A stretch of DNA of 64,000 nt, taken from positions 1,216,001-1,280,000 of the forward strand of contig CAWKKR010000008.1 of NCBI GenBank assembly GCA_963850305.1. Reading direction: 5' to 3'. The position numbers and the translations under genes were made by a program. This document shows, one piece after another, positions 9,999 through 25,700 of the stretch. Numbering within the stretch: the stretch's first letter is position 1; each line of letters opens with the position of its first letter. A model generated the notes under the pieces. The model was not told the origin of the DNA. It ran no database searches and saw nothing but the letters and a program-made list of their open reading frames with translations. The stretch is from an uncultured delta proteobacterium. Lineage in GTDB: Bacteria > Myxococcota_A > Polyangia > Polyangiales > Polyangiaceae.

Positions 9999-11135
9999 AT
10001 GCAAGTCGCGATCGCGAAGAAAGACCTCGTTCGAATCGTCGCGCGGTGCCAAGGCGTCGCCGACAAGAAGAGCACGATGCCGGTGCTCGGGAACGTGCTG
10101 ATCGAGGTCGACGGCACGGACTCGATTCGTCTCGCGGCGACGGATCTGAATCTGGCCGTCAGTGGTCGCATTCCGGCGGAAGTTCAGAAGGGCGGATCGA
10201 TAGCCATCGGTGCGCGCGATCTCTTCGAACGAATCAAGATGATGCCTGAAGGGCAGCTCACGATTGCGACCAGCGATGGATCGACCGCCACCCTCCGCGC
10301 CTCGAGCTCCGCGCGCCGCTACACGCTTCACGGAATTCCTGGCGACGAGTTTCCTGCGATCCCTCAGCCCGACCCCGGGGCGACGATCCTCTCGCTCGGG
10401 GTGGACGTTCTGTCGACGTTGATCGCGTGCACCCATTTCTCGATTTCGACCGACGACACGCGACTCCACTTGAACAGTGCGCTCTTCGAGTGGGAAGGCG
10501 ACCGCGTGAGGATGGTGACGACAGACGGTCATCGTCTGTCGAAGATGGAGCTCACCGTGAAGGGCAAGCAGGCCTCCGCGGGGATGCTGATCCCACTGAA
10601 GGGCATTCAAGAGCTGCGGCGTCTCGCGGACGAAGCGAAAAGCGAAGGCGAGGGCGAGGGCGGGTATGCCTCGATGGAGCTCATCCAGAGCGGGCCGAAT
10701 GCGTTCTTCCGACTTCCTGGTCTCCAGTTCAGCGTGAAGCTCGTGGACGCGCAGTTCCCGCCCTACCAGCAAGTCATTCCCCGAACCGCGGAGCGGGTCG
10801 TCATCGTACCGCGTGGCGCGCTGACCGACGCATTGCGGGCCGTTTCGATCGCCGCCAGTGATCGCACGGGTGGCGTCAAGCTCACGCTATCGCGCGGCGC
10901 GATGCGCTTTTCGAGCGAGAGCCCGGACAGTGGCGAGGGCTTCGACGAGATCGCCGTCGACTACGACGGGTCCGACGTGACCATCGGCTTCAACGCACGC
11001 TACTTCCTGGACGTGCTCGGAGCGCTCGACGACGACCGGGTGCAAATCGGTATCGGCGGAGAACTCGATCCCGTCGTGATCCGCCCGGCTGGATCCGGGG
11101 ACTACCTGGCCGTCATCATGCCGATGCGCATTTGA
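9999..11135 (+). CDS. dnaN: DNA polymerase III subunit beta (sliding clamp)
   Basis: MPVLGNVLI, ATDLNL, VTTDGHRL, FPPYQQVIP, IGFNARY and C-terminal VIMPMRI. Confidence 0.97.
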   Translation: MQVAIAKKDLVRIVARCQGVADKKSTMPVLGNVLIEVDGTDSIRLAATDLNLAVSGRIPAEVQKGGSIAIGARDLFERIKMMPEGQLTIATSDGSTATLRASSSARRYTLHGIPGDEFPAIPQPDPGATILSLGVDVLSTLIACTHFSISTDDTRLHLNSALFEWEGDRVRMVTTDGHRLSKMELTVKGKQASAGMLIPLKGIQELRRLADEAKSEGEGEGGYASMELIQSGPNAFFRLPGLQFSVKLVDAQFPPYQQVIPRTAERVVIVPRGALTDALRAVSIAASDRTGGVKLTLSRGAMRFSSESPDSGEGFDEIAVDYDGSDVTIGFNARYFLDVLGALDDDRVQIGIGGELDPVVIRPAGSGDYLAVIMPMRI

Positions 11136-11193
11136 CCCGTCACGAGTTCGCCCTCGTGGAGACCCGAACGCGCGTTTCGCGAAGCCGAACCTC

Positions 11194-12298
11194 GTGACGA
11201 CGCGCGTCTCGTTCGACTCGCTCTCGATCCGCGACGTGAGGAACATTGCGAGCATCGATTTCGCACCTTCGCCGCGTCTCAACGTGGTGAGCGGCGACAA
11301 CGGTCAGGGCAAGACGAGCCTTCTCGAATCGATCTACTTCGTCGCCACGAGCCGCAGCTTCCGCACGGATCGACCCCGGGAGATGCTTCGGTTCGGGGCA
11401 CCAGCTGCCGTCGTGCGAGCGGGCATTTCGGAAGACGGCATTCGACGCGAACAGCGCGCGACGTTGACGATCCCCACGCGAGCCGTCTTCATCGACGGCA
11501 AGAAGCCCGACACTTTCGCCGCATACGCCACGCGAACGCCCGTCGTGGTCTTTCACCCCGGCGATCTCACGATTCTCACCGGCGGTGCCGCGGAGAGACG
11601 CACGTTGCTCGATCGGATCGCGCTCTTTGTGGATCCGTCGAGTGCCGACCATCGGCTCCGCTATGCGCGCGCCGCACGGTCTCGGCAGGCGGTGCTCGTG
11701 GAACGCGGACCGGCGGCCACCGATCTCGGCGCCTCTGGAGCGACTGATGGCCGTCCACGGTAGCGAGCTGGGCCGCGCTCGGTCGAATGCTGCCGAGTCG
11801 ACTCAAGCGTGCCCTCGGACCCGCCTTCGAGGAAATGGCCGCCCCCGGCCAGCGGCTCACGGCCCACTTCGTTCCTGGTGGCTCGCTCGACCCGGCCGAT
11901 CTCGTCGCGGAACTGTCCCGAACACGGGAGCGCGATCTCCGGCGAAACAGTGCGAGCTACGGGCCCCATCGCGACGATCTCGAGGTCTGCCTCGACGACC
12001 GGAGCGTGCGCAAGCATGCCTCGCAGGGTCAGCAGCGGATTCTCACCCTCGCCCTCAAGCTCGCCGAGCTCGAGTGCCTCCGCGAGGCTCGGGGAGCCGA
12101 ACCGGTTTTGCTTCTCGACGACGTCTCGAGCGAGCTCGATCCCGACACGGACTGGCGCCGTTTATGATTTCTTGCGCCGCACGGCGAGCCAGATCGTTCG
12201 TCACGACCACGCGCCCGGAGTTATTCGTGACCCAGGGTCTGCAGGCGGGCGAGCGGGCCGATTTCAGGCTCGTCGATGGCGTCCTCCACGAGCTCTAG
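11194..12298 (+). CDS. recF: DNA replication/repair protein RecF (about 4 frameshifts, probable sequence errors)
   Basis: GDNGQGKTSLLE Walker A, SFRT, GPHRDDL, SQGQQR, LLLDDVSSELD and FVTTT are spread over frames, with shifts near 11733, 11797, 12145 and 12195. Confidence 0.9.
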
Positions 12299-12340
12299 AA
12301 TCGAGGACGTTTGGCGCGTGCCCGGAAGGTGTTCGAACTC

Positions 12341-12369
12341 TTGCCGGAGCGAACGCGGAGAGGTATACA
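12341..12369 (+). promoter_or_regulatory. Putative sigma70-type promoter for gyrB
   Basis: TTGCCG-N17-TATACA in the recF-gyrB intergenic region. Confidence 0.4.
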
Positions 12370-12491
12370 AATCAGCCGAGCGTGTCGTTGTCGAGAATCG
12401 ATTCGTTGATGAACCCCATCGTGCAGGCACCCGGGTTCACAGCGCCTCGCTCGTTGACGAAATTGGCATCCCGCGAGGTCTGATCGTGACG

Positions 12492-14975
<2,484 letters not shown>

Positions 14976-14998
14976 CGGTCAAGCCCACTGCGTTCGAT

Positions 14999-15019
14999 GC
15001 GTCGTGCCGTTCACGACGC
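14999..15019. terminator. Hairpin, possible terminator downstream of gyrB
   Basis: GCGTCGTG-ccgtt-CACGACGC perfect 8-bp stem; no U-tract. Confidence 0.35.
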
Positions 15020-15353
15020 GCGGGCACCGCATTGTTCGCCCCCGCGTCAGTGGCGGGAGGCGAGTTCGCGGCCGGTGCGGCGTTCCATTCGAAGGACCGA
15101 CACGACGACCTCTCCCAGGCGCTCGGGTTGCTCGAACGGTCGGGCCTCGGCGGCGAGAACCAGGTCTGCCTCTGTGAAGGTGAAGTGGGGCGGCGCCGGG
15201 TCCAGGTCGTCGGGGACCGGCGGCGCTTGATCTCGACCCGAACGGACTTAGCTTCCGCGGAGACGTTGCTCGACGCGCGGGGCGCGCGGGCAGTGATTGC
15301 TTCAAGGAACCGGTGCGGACGGCGCCCGGCGCGCCGAGGCGGGACTATTCACC

Positions 15354-17978
15354 ATGCAAATGGATCGACTGACGACCAAGAGCCAGGAAGCGGTGCGAGC
15401 GGCCATCGACGGAGCGTCCCGGGCCGGGAACCCCGAGCTGGTCCCCGAACACATGCTCGTCGCGGTGCTCGACCAGAAGGACGGTATTGCGATGCCCCTC
15501 GTGGAGCGCGCCGGGGCGGACCCGCTGGCGCTGCGCCGGGAGCTCGCGGAGCAGGTGGCGGCGCTCCCGAAGGTCACGGGCGGCGCGGAGCCGCGGCTCG
15601 GCCGTCGCGCCACGACCCTCTTCCAGAAAGCGGAGGACGAGGCCAAGGAGCTCAAGGACGACTTCGTCTCGGTCGAGCACTTCGTCCTCGCGGCGGCGAA
15701 GTCGGACAAAGACGTGCAGGCCGTCTTCGACCGGCACGGGCTGTCGTACGCGAAGTTGCTCGCGGCGATGACGCAGATTCGCGGCGCGCATCGTGTCGCG
15801 GACCAGGACCCCGAGGGTAAGTTCCAGGCTCTCGAGAAGTACACGCGAGACCTCACGGAGCTCGCCCGGCGAGGCAAGGTCGACCCCGTGATCGGTCGCG
15901 ATGAGGAGATCCGGCGCGTCATGCAGGTGCTCTCGCGGCGCACCAAGAACAACCCCGTGCTCATCGGGGAGCCCGGCGTCGGCAAGACCGCGATCGCCGA
16001 AGGCATCGCGCAGCGCATCGTTCAGGGGGACGTTCCGGAAAGTCTGAAAGACAAGCGACTCGTCGCGCTCGATCTGTCGGCCATGGTGGCTGGATCGAAG
16101 TATCGAGGAGAATTCGAGGACCGTCTCAAGGCGGTGTTGAAGGAAATCGAAGCCGCCGCGGGCGGCATCATCCTTTTCATCGATGAGCTGCATACGCTCG
16201 TCGGAGCCGGGGCCGCCGAAGGCGCGATGGACGCGGCCAACATGCTGAAGCCCGCGCTCGCTCGAGGGGAGCTCCGCGCGATCGGCGCGACGACCCTCGA
16301 CGAGTACCGGAAGCACATCGAGAAAGACGCGGCGCTCGAGCGCCGCTTCCAGCCCGTGATCGTGAACCAGCCGAGCGTCGAGGATACGATCGCGATCCTC
16401 CGCGGCCTGAAGGAACGGTACGAGGTGCACCACGGCATCCGGATCCGCGACACGGCGCTCGTGGCGGCCGCGGTGCTCTCGAACCGTTACATCACCGAGC
16501 GTTTCTTGCCCGACAAGGCGATCGACCTCGTCGACGAGGCGGCCAGCAAGATCAAGATGGAGATCGACAGCTTGCCGCTCGCGCTCGACCAGTTCGAGCG
16601 AACTATCCTGAAGCTCCGGATCGAGGAGCAAGCGCTCAAGCGGGAGCACGACGCTGCGTCCAAGGCGCGCTTGCGCGAGCTCCAGCGCGAGCTCGGCGAG
16701 ATCTCGTCGGAACGCGATACCGCTCGGGCGCACTGGCTCCGCGAGAAGGAGATCATCACGAGGGTCCGGGAAAAGCAGAAGATGCTCGAGGAGCTTCGCG
16801 CCGAGGAAGAGCGCGCGAGCCGCACCGGCGATCTCGGCAAAGCTGCGGAGTACCACTACGGCAAGATCCCCGCGCTCGAGCAGGACATCGAGAAGCAGCG
16901 AGCGGAGCTCGCGGTCGTGCAAAAGGGCGGCTCCTATCTCAAGGAAGAGGTCACCGACGAAGACATCGCGGTCGTGGTGTCGAAGTGGACCGGGGTTCCC
17001 GTGGCGAAGATGCTCGAAGGCGAGATGCACAAGCTCCTCTCGATGGAGGACAATATGCGGAAGCGCGTCGTCGGCCAGGACGCGGCGCTGCTCGCCGTCG
17101 CGAACGCCGTGCGCCGCTCGCGGGCGGGCCTCGGTGACGAGCGGCGTCCGATCGGGTCCTTTCTGTTCCTCGGACCGACGGGTGTCGGCAAGACCGAGAC
17201 GGCGCGGGCGCTCGCCGAGTTTCTCTTCGACGACGAGAAGGCGATGATCCGGATCGACATGAGCGAGTACATGGAGAAGCACGCCGTGTCCCGGCTCATC
17301 GGCGCGCCGCCGGGCTACGTCGGCTACGAAGAAGGCGGTCAGTTGACGGAGCCCGTCCGGCGACGCCCGTACAGCGTCATCCTGTTCGACGAGATCGAGA
17401 AGGCGCACCCCGACGTGTTCAACACGTTGCTGCAGGTTCTCGATGACGGCCGCCTCACGGACGGACAGGGCCGAACGGTGGATTTCAAGAACACGGTCGT
17501 CATCTTGACGAGCAACATCGGCACGGCCGAGCTCGGCGCGCTCGAAGATCGCCTTCCGGCGGACGATCCGAAGAAGAGCGACAAGCTTCGCGAGGCTGCC
17601 ATGGGTGCGCTCCGTGCGACGTTCCGCCCGGAGTTCCTGAATCGTCTGGATGAGATCGTGATCTACCGGAGGCTCGGCAAGGAACAGATCCGGACCATCG
17701 TCGACATCCAGCTCTCGCACCTCGCCTCGCGCCTTGCCCGTCGCGATCTGAAGCTCGACGTGTCGCCCGCCGCGGAGACCTACCTGGGCGAAGTCGGCTG
17801 GGATCCCCAATACGGCGCGCGTCCCTTGAAGCGCGCGATCCAGCACCACGTCGAGGACGTCCTCGCCCGCCGGGTGCTCGAGGGCTCGTTCGTGCCCGGG
17901 GACACCGTCCGCGTGGACCGTGGAGCCGACGGGCTAACGTTCGCGACGCGGGCTGAGGGGGTCAACGCCGCCGAGTGA
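15354..17978 (+). CDS. clpB: ATP-dependent chaperone ClpB
   Basis: [26 protein letters not shown], coiled-coil middle domain, [20 protein letters not shown] and YGARPLKR. Confidence 0.97.
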   Translation: MQMDRLTTKSQEAVRAAIDGASRAGNPELVPEHMLVAVLDQKDGIAMPLVERAGADPLALRRELAEQVAALPKVTGGAEPRLGRRATTLFQKAEDEAKELKDDFVSVEHFVLAAAKSDKDVQAVFDRHGLSYAKLLAAMTQIRGAHRVADQDPEGKFQALEKYTRDLTELARRGKVDPVIGRDEEIRRVMQVLSRRTKNNPVLIGEPGVGKTAIAEGIAQRIVQGDVPESLKDKRLVALDLSAMVAGSKYRGEFEDRLKAVLKEIEAAAGGIILFIDELHTLVGAGAAEGAMDAANMLKPALARGELRAIGATTLDEYRKHIEKDAALERRFQPVIVNQPSVEDTIAILRGLKERYEVHHGIRIRDTALVAAAVLSNRYITERFLPDKAIDLVDEAASKIKMEIDSLPLALDQFERTILKLRIEEQALKREHDAASKARLRELQRELGEISSERDTARAHWLREKEIITRVREKQKMLEELRAEEERASRTGDLGKAAEYHYGKIPALEQDIEKQRAELAVVQKGGSYLKEEVTDEDIAVVVSKWTGVPVAKMLEGEMHKLLSMEDNMRKRVVGQDAALLAVANAVRRSRAGLGDERRPIGSFLFLGPTGVGKTETARALAEFLFDDEKAMIRIDMSEYMEKHAVSRLIGAPPGYVGYEEGGQLTEPVRRRPYSVILFDEIEKAHPDVFNTLLQVLDDGRLTDGQGRTVDFKNTVVILTSNIGTAELGALEDRLPADDPKKSDKLREAAMGALRATFRPEFLNRLDEIVIYRRLGKEQIRTIVDIQLSHLASRLARRDLKLDVSPAAETYLGEVGWDPQYGARPLKRAIQHHVEDVLARRVLEGSFVPGDTVRVDRGADGLTFATRAEGVNAAE

Positions 17979-17984
17979 CGCCTC

Positions 17985-19232
17985 TCACTGATCCCCGCCG
18001 TGCCCGTGCAGTACGACGCGGCGGGCCAGCGACAGCCCCGCGTAGGCGGCCATCGAACGAATCTGCTGACGGCTCCCCGGAAATACGATGTGACGGTCGG
18101 TCGTACCGTCGGCGGTCGCCACCGCGAAGTGGACGAGGCCGACGGGTTTCGTCTCGGTGCCACCACCGGGCCCGGCGATCCCGGTGACGCCGAGCGCGAC
18201 GTCTGCGGCGAGCGCGCGACGTCCGCCTTCGGCCATGGCGCGCGCCACCTCGGCGCTCACGGCGCCCCTGTTCGCGATGATCGCCGGGTTCACGCCGAGC
18301 ACGCCGACCTTGACGGAATTGTCGTACGCGACGATCGCCCCACGGAAGAAGTCACTCGCCCCCGCGTGGTCGGTCAGGAGATTCGCGACGAGGCCGCCGG
18401 TGCAAGACTCGGCGGTCGCGAAGGAGAGCCGGCGCTCCCGGAAGAGCGCGCCGACCGCCTGGGCGAAGTCCGCCTCCCCCTCCCCGTAGACGGCGTCGCC
18501 GAGGCGATTCGTCACCTCGTTGGAAGCGGCGCGAGCAATGCGCGCCGCTTCCGCCAAGCTTTGCGCCCGTGCCAGCACCTTGACTTCGATCTCCGGAAAG
18601 TGCGCGCGGTACCCGATGATGACGCCATGAGCGTCCTCGACCCCGTGGAGACGATCGTTGACGGCGGACTCCGGCATGCCGAACGTGCGGATTCGCACCT
18701 GGTGAATCCCCTCGGATACCAGCGTTCGCGCGTGCGGCGCGACGTGCTCCGTGAACATCGGTTTCATCTCGCGCGGGACGCCGGGCATGAAAAAGGCGCG
18801 CGCGCGGCCCAGGGTGACGGCAAATCCAGGGGCCGTCCCGTTCGGGTTCGGGAGCACGGAGGCGCCGCGGGGAAAGTCGGCTTGCTTTGCATTCGACGCG
18901 CCCACGGGGCGTCCGAAGCGCTCGTGACGCGCGGTGATCGCGGCGAGGGAAGCCGCGTCGCGCTCGAGGGGCACGCCGAGCGCCGCCGCGACACACTCGC
19001 TCGTGATGTCGTCCGTGGTCGGTCCGAGGCCGCCCGTGCATGCGATGAGCTGGTGGGTGTCGCCCAGCCTGCGAAGAACGTCCACGATCGCCTTCCTGTC
19101 GTCGGCCACGACGGCACACTCCGCCACGTCGAGCCCGATTCGTGTGAGCTCGTCGGCGAGCCACGTCGCGTTCGTGTTCGTGATTTCCCCGCGGGTGAGC
19201 TCCGTGCCGATGGACAGAATCGCGGTCGTCAT
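17985..19232 (-). CDS. cinA: Competence/damage-inducible protein CinA (MoCF-like domain plus PncC NMN deamidase)
   Basis: SIGTEL, GGLGPTTDDIT, NGTAPG, PGVPREM, TAESCTGG, GAVSAEVA.AMA and TGIAGPGGG. Confidence 0.93.
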   Translation of the reverse strand: MTTAILSIGTELTRGEITNTNATWLADELTRIGLDVAECAVVADDRKAIVDVLRRLGDTHQLIACTGGLGPTTDDITSECVAAALGVPLERDAASLAAITARHERFGRPVGASNAKQADFPRGASVLPNPNGTAPGFAVTLGRARAFFMPGVPREMKPMFTEHVAPHARTLVSEGIHQVRIRTFGMPESAVNDRLHGVEDAHGVIIGYRAHFPEIEVKVLARAQSLAEAARIARAASNEVTNRLGDAVYGEGEADFAQAVGALFRERRLSFATAESCTGGLVANLLTDHAGASDFFRGAIVAYDNSVKVGVLGVNPAIIANRGAVSAEVARAMAEGGRRALAADVALGVTGIAGPGGGTETKPVGLVHFAVATADGTTDRHIVFPGSRQQIRSMAAYAGLSLARRVVLHGHGGDQ

Positions 19233-19263
19233 CGTCGTGGCCGCCAGCGTAGTACCGTCGCCG

Positions 19264-20139
19264 TCAAAGCGCTCGGTCGTAGGCGCACCGAAAACCAATC
19301 CAGCGCGCCGGCGAGTGGGTGTTCGCTACGGACCAGCTCTTCAGATCGAGCGCCGACAGCGATCGATACGACCCTCCACGCGCCGCGTAGGTTCCGTCCC
19401 TTTCCACCGTCCATTCCGCGACGTTGCCGGCAAGGTCCTGAACTCCGTCGGGCGTGGCTCCATCCGGGCGCGCGCCGGCAATCTCCGCCCTCCCTCCCGT
19501 CGCGCACGGGCCGTTCTCGAGCCCGAACGACGCACGCCGGCAGATGAGCCCCGTGGGGCCCCACGGGAATCGACGACCCTCGGCCCCCATGGCGGCGAAC
19601 ATCCATTCGTCCGAGGTTGGAAGCCGGCCGCCGTCGAACCTGCAAAACCGTCCGGCTTCCTTCGGGTTCACGCCGGTCACGGGTTCACCGGGCTCGGCGT
19701 CGTCGATGTTCCGGCACGCGCCCGCCCGGACGCAATGGTCCCAGCGTTCGACGGTGACCTCGTTCGCGTCGAGGAGAAATGCGCCGACCAGCGTGGACCG
19801 CGGCTGCACGATGCCTTCCCCCTGCCAGTCGTCCGCGCCGACGCGGAGCTTGCCTTCCGCGATGGCGACGCGGCGCGCGTCCGCGACGCAGCCCAGCCGT
19901 CGGGCGTCGACGTGCATGCCGCCCGGACATGACGCCGGAGCGCCCGCGCAGCGGCCCCGCACGAGCTTCTGTCCCGGCGCGCAGCATCTCGAGGAGAGCG
20001 GCAACAGACCTGCGGGACAGCGCTCAGGTCCGGATTGCTCGTGCTTTGCGACGCGAACGACCACCAGGATCGCCGCGAGGGAGATCGCTCCGCCCGCGAG
20101 CGCCACGCCGATCCGCGCGAGCTGCTTCAACGATGTCAC
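19264..20139 (-). CDS. SUMF1/FGE-sulfatase domain protein
   Basis: F.LD..EVT, GRLPTSDEW.FAA, FPWG, DLAGNVAEW, RGGS and IGFRCA; N-terminal TM; GTGA overlap with the upstream gene. Confidence 0.85.
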   Translation of the reverse strand: MTSLKQLARIGVALAGGAISLAAILVVVRVAKHEQSGPERCPAGLLPLSSRCCAPGQKLVRGRCAGAPASCPGGMHVDARRLGCVADARRVAIAEGKLRVGADDWQGEGIVQPRSTLVGAFLLDANEVTVERWDHCVRAGACRNIDDAEPGEPVTGVNPKEAGRFCRFDGGRLPTSDEWMFAAMGAEGRRFPWGPTGLICRRASFGLENGPCATGGRAEIAGARPDGATPDGVQDLAGNVAEWTVERDGTYAARGGSYRSLSALDLKSWSVANTHSPARWIGFRCAYDRAL

Positions 20140-20909
20140 CCCTCGCGGGCCACGTGAAAGACGAGGCTCCCCAGTCGCTCGATGGTGACCTCCACGGTGT
20201 CGCCTGCCGCGAGCGGGCCAACGCCGTCCGGCGTTCCCGTCGAGATCAGATCTCCGGGTTCGAGCGTCGCGAAGTTCGACACGTGCGCGACGATCCGCGC
20301 GACGCCGAAGATCATCTCCGACGTTCGCGCGCGCTGTCGTTCTGCGCCGTTGACGGTGAGCTGTAGCGCGAGATCGTCGGGGTCGACGCCGCACACCACA
20401 TGTGGACCCACCGGACAGAAGGTGTCGAAGCCCTTGGCGCGAGTCCACTGCCCGTCCTTCACCTGCAGATCGCGCGCCGTCACGTCGCAGACCGGCACGC
20501 AACCGAACACGTGCGCGAGCGCGCTGGCCTCGGGCACGCGACGACACCGCTTGCCGATGACGATGCCGAGCTCACCTTCGTAAGCGACGTGCGCGCTCTC
20601 CTCCGGCAGGAGCACCGTCTTGCCCGGTCCGAGCAGGGACGAGACTGCCTTCGCAAAGACCAGAGGCTCGTCCGGCACCGTCCCGCCCATCTCGGCGGCA
20701 TGCGCGCGATAGTTCTTTCCGATGGCGAAGATCTTCCGCGACGTCACCGGACATCGAAGCTCCGCGTCCGCGAGCGAGACGCTGGCGCCGGTCGGGCGCC
20801 CGCCGTTCCAGGGCGCTTCGTCCAGCAGGATGGCCACGTCGCCTTCGATGCGGGCGAAACTCTCTTTCCCGGAAGCGCCGACGCGCGCGAAACGAGTGAG
20901 CTCCGACAT
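20136..20909 (-). CDS. Fumarylacetoacetate hydrolase family protein
   Basis: IGKNYRAHAAE, YEGELGIVIG, DVTARDLQ, KGFDTFCPVGP and LEPGDLISTGTP.GVG. Confidence 0.92.
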   Translation of the reverse strand: MSELTRFARVGASGKESFARIEGDVAILLDEAPWNGGRPTGASVSLADAELRCPVTSRKIFAIGKNYRAHAAEMGGTVPDEPLVFAKAVSSLLGPGKTVLLPEESAHVAYEGELGIVIGKRCRRVPEASALAHVFGCVPVCDVTARDLQVKDGQWTRAKGFDTFCPVGPHVVCGVDPDDLALQLTVNGAERQRARTSEMIFGVARIVAHVSNFATLEPGDLISTGTPDGVGPLAAGDTVEVTIERLGSLVFHVAREG

Positions 20910-21043
20910 CTGCGCCGTAGTCTACCTCGCGTTCCGGGCTGGTTGCGCGCCAACCGCAGCTCACGGGGCCCCTGCCCCGTTCGCCTCGTGTGCAGCGGAA
21001 TTTGGTCGAGCTCGAGAAGGCTTCTCAGATTAGGGGCGCACGG

Positions 21044-23128
<2,085 letters not shown>

Positions 23129-23147
23129 CTAAGGTCCGGCCCCGGCG

Positions 23148-24158
23148 ATGGTCAACGCCCCCGAAACCCCTCCCGCGTCCGAGGCGAGCAGTCGGAAGCG
23201 GCGCATCGACGAGATTGAAGAGCCCGTTTCTTCGCCGGTTTCGAGTGAAGCCGACGCTGCCCACGGCGCGCTCTGGCGCGTGGGAGGACTGGTTCGCACC
23301 GTCCGGCCGCACCAGTGGGTGAAAAACGTATTCGTCCTCGCGCCGGTGTTCTTCGCGAAGGACCTGTTCGAGCCCCGGCTCATGTTGCGAGCCGCGGGAT
23401 CCTTCGGCGTGTTCTGCATCCTCGCGGGCGCCGTGTACACCATCAACGACATCGCGGACGCGGAAGCCGACCGGCTTCATCCGGTGAAGCGGCTCCGTCC
23501 GATCGCGTCCGGGCGCGTCAGTGTCCACGCAGCACGGATCCTCGCCGCGGTGCTCGTCGTCGCGGGGCTCGCGGGCGCGGCGTACGGGCCGCTCTCGTTC
23601 TTCGCCGTCGCGGCGACGTACTTTCTCCAGAATCTCGCGTACTCGTTCAAGCTGAAGCAGTACGCGTACGTGGACGTCGCGCTCATCGCGTTCGGCTTCG
23701 TCTTGCGCGTCGTGGGTGGCGGCTACGGCACCCACATCCACGTGTCCGGCTACCTGCTCGTCTGCACGGCGTTCCTTGCGTTGTTCCTCGGGTTCGGCAA
23801 GCGGCGGCACGAGTTCGCCGCGGTCGCCGCACGCGCCAAGAAGCAACGCGCCGCGCTCTCCGGGTACAATGCGGCCGGTCTCGACGTGGCGCTCGCGGTA
23901 ACGGGTCTGGCGACGGCCGGTGCCTACCTCGCGTACACGCTCGATCGTGCGACGGTCGCCTACTTCGGCTCGGACAAGCTCTACCTCACGACGATCTTCG
24001 TCGTGCTCGCCGGGCTCCGGTTTCTGTACCTGGTTCGATCTCGCCCGCACGCCGAGAGCCCGACGCAGGAAATGCTGCGCGACGGGCCGTTCGTGGGTGC
24101 CGTACTCGTGTGGGTCATGGTCGTGATCTGGATCGTGTACCACCTTCGTCCGGGCTGA
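23148..24158 (+). CDS. UbiA-family prenyltransferase, decaprenyl-phosphate phosphoribosyltransferase-like
   Basis: RPHQWVKN, YTINDIAD..ADRLHPVKR.RPIASG, YSFKLK, GFVLRV and KRRHE; multiple TM helices. Confidence 0.85.
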   Translation: MVNAPETPPASEASSRKRRIDEIEEPVSSPVSSEADAAHGALWRVGGLVRTVRPHQWVKNVFVLAPVFFAKDLFEPRLMLRAAGSFGVFCILAGAVYTINDIADAEADRLHPVKRLRPIASGRVSVHAARILAAVLVVAGLAGAAYGPLSFFAVAATYFLQNLAYSFKLKQYAYVDVALIAFGFVLRVVGGGYGTHIHVSGYLLVCTAFLALFLGFGKRRHEFAAVAARAKKQRAALSGYNAAGLDVALAVTGLATAGAYLAYTLDRATVAYFGSDKLYLTTIFVVLAGLRFLYLVRSRPHAESPTQEMLRDGPFVGAVLVWVMVVIWIVYHLRPG

Positions 24159-24167
24159 GACGTCGAC

Positions 24168-24889
24168 ATGGCCGCCACGCCGACAGTGACCCAAGCCCCC
24201 GCCGGAAATCGGGGTGCGAGCGATCCATGGTCCGACCTCGTGCTCACCCTGCCGATGTTCATCGGCTATCACCTCGGCGTGATCTTCTTGCCGATCCGCA
24301 ATGCGGCGGACATCGTCACCCGCGAGCTGGTCTCGCTCGCCGGGCAAGACATGGCTGCTTACGGCGGTCTCACTCTCGCCATCGGGCTCGTCTACGTCGT
24401 GTTCCTGGGCCTCGCGGGTCGAGGTCACGCGCTCCGCTGGCAGCGGTTCGCGTTCATCGCGACGGAGGGCATCGTATATGCCGTCGCGATGCGGTTCGCC
24501 GCGGCGTACGTCGTGGGACGCGTCTTCCTGGTCAGCGGCGCACCGCAGGGGATCTTCTCCGGCGTCGTGATGTCGCTCGGCGCCGGATTTACGAGGAGCT
24601 CGCGTTTCGCGTCTTGCTCTTCGGCGTCGGGCTCAAGGTGCTGAAGATCTCGTTTCGGCCGTCCACGGCGCTACGAAGGACGCTGCTCTCCGTCGGATGG
24701 GCGCTTCTCACGGCCGCCGTGTTCAGCGCGTGGCACTACGTCGGACCCCTCGGCGACACGTTCGACGCTCAGTCATTCCTGTTCAGATGGGTGTGCGGGA
24801 CGGTCTTCGTCGGCATCTACGCTTGGCGGGGTTTCGCGCCGGTGGTGTGGACCCACGCCATCTACGATCTCTGGGTGATGGTGTTTTGA
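24168..24889 (+). CDS. CPBP (CAAX/Abi) family intramembrane metalloprotease (one frameshift near 24590)
   Basis: GAGF|YEELAFR (EExxxR), FSAWHY and HAIYD. Joining ORF 24168..24644 with the 3' part of ORF 23315..24889 needs one extra T in a T-run. Confidence 0.8.
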
Positions 24890-24958
24890 GAGCCAGAGCG
24901 GGCAGCGCATCGGCTGTGCCCGGAGCGGCAAGCTCGAGCCAGCGGGCCCGATCGGACC

Positions 24959-25669
24959 TCAGGGCGGCACGAGACGGAGCGTCGCTCGGACCGTCGTGCC
25001 GACGCCCGCTTCACTCTCGACGAGGAGCGAGCCGTCGTACGACTCGACGATGCTCCGGGACAGCGCGAGCCCGAGCCCCAGCCCGCGGCCGGGTCGGGTG
25101 GTGAAATTGGGATTGCCGACGCGCGCTCGATCCCCGGCGCTGATGCCGACCCCGTCGTCGCAAACGACGAGCGTTGCCACGGAGTCGCTCTCGACGCTCA
25201 CGCGTACCGTGATCGTTCCGCGGCCTTCGCCTCGATCTTGAACCGCGAACACCGCGTTCGTCAGGAGATTCAAGAGGACCTGGCAGAGTCGGGTCCGGTT
25301 GCCGAGCACGGTGGGACGGCACTCGATGTCACGAACGAGCTCCGCACGGGCACCGATTTCCTCTTCGACCATGAGCAGGGTCGACAGGACCAGCTCCGCG
25401 AGATCGACGGGGCCGACCTCGTCGAGCGTCTCCTCGACGCCGATGCGCTGGACGATCTGGGCCATGTGCGAGACCGCCTCCTGGGCGGCCGCGAGCGCTC
25501 GAAGCGCGGCCGATTGGATGTTCTCGACGGACGTCTGGTCCTCTTCGAGCCGCTTCCGGATTATGCCGAGACTCGTCGAGAGGTATGTGAGTGGCTGGCA
25601 GAGTTCGTGACGCAGGAACGCAAACTGGTCGGGGGCTGGTTTGCCACGAAGGCGGCCGTTGGGTGACAT
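24959..25669 (-). CDS. Histidine kinase with HisKA and HATPase_c only, no sensor domain
   Basis: H-box LRHELCQPL, N-box QVLLNLLTNA, G1 DDGVGI, FTT and G2 GLGLGL. Confidence 0.85.
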   Translation of the reverse strand: MSPNGRLRGKPAPDQFAFLRHELCQPLTYLSTSLGIIRKRLEEDQTSVENIQSAALRALAAAQEAVSHMAQIVQRIGVEETLDEVGPVDLAELVLSTLLMVEEEIGARAELVRDIECRPTVLGNRTRLCQVLLNLLTNAVFAVQDRGEGRGTITVRVSVESDSVATLVVCDDGVGISAGDRARVGNPNFTTRPGRGLGLGLALSRSIVESYDGSLLVESEAGVGTTVRATLRLVPP

Positions 25670-25683
25670 GGAGGGTTTGCCAG

Positions 25684-25700
25684 TGCACCGGCCGTGCCGG
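25684..25700 (-). promoter_or_regulatory. Possible sigma54 -24/-12 promoter of the histidine kinase
   Basis: The minus strand reads CCGGCACGGCCGGTGCA (GG-N10-GC). Confidence 0.3.

Noticed and set aside
15345..17849. Long antisense ORFs (e.g. 834 aa opposite clpB; also 674..2431, 48637..50637, 38043..39905)
   Set aside because: Shadow ORFs caused by high-GC codon bias, with no recognisable motifs, overlapping well-supported genes.
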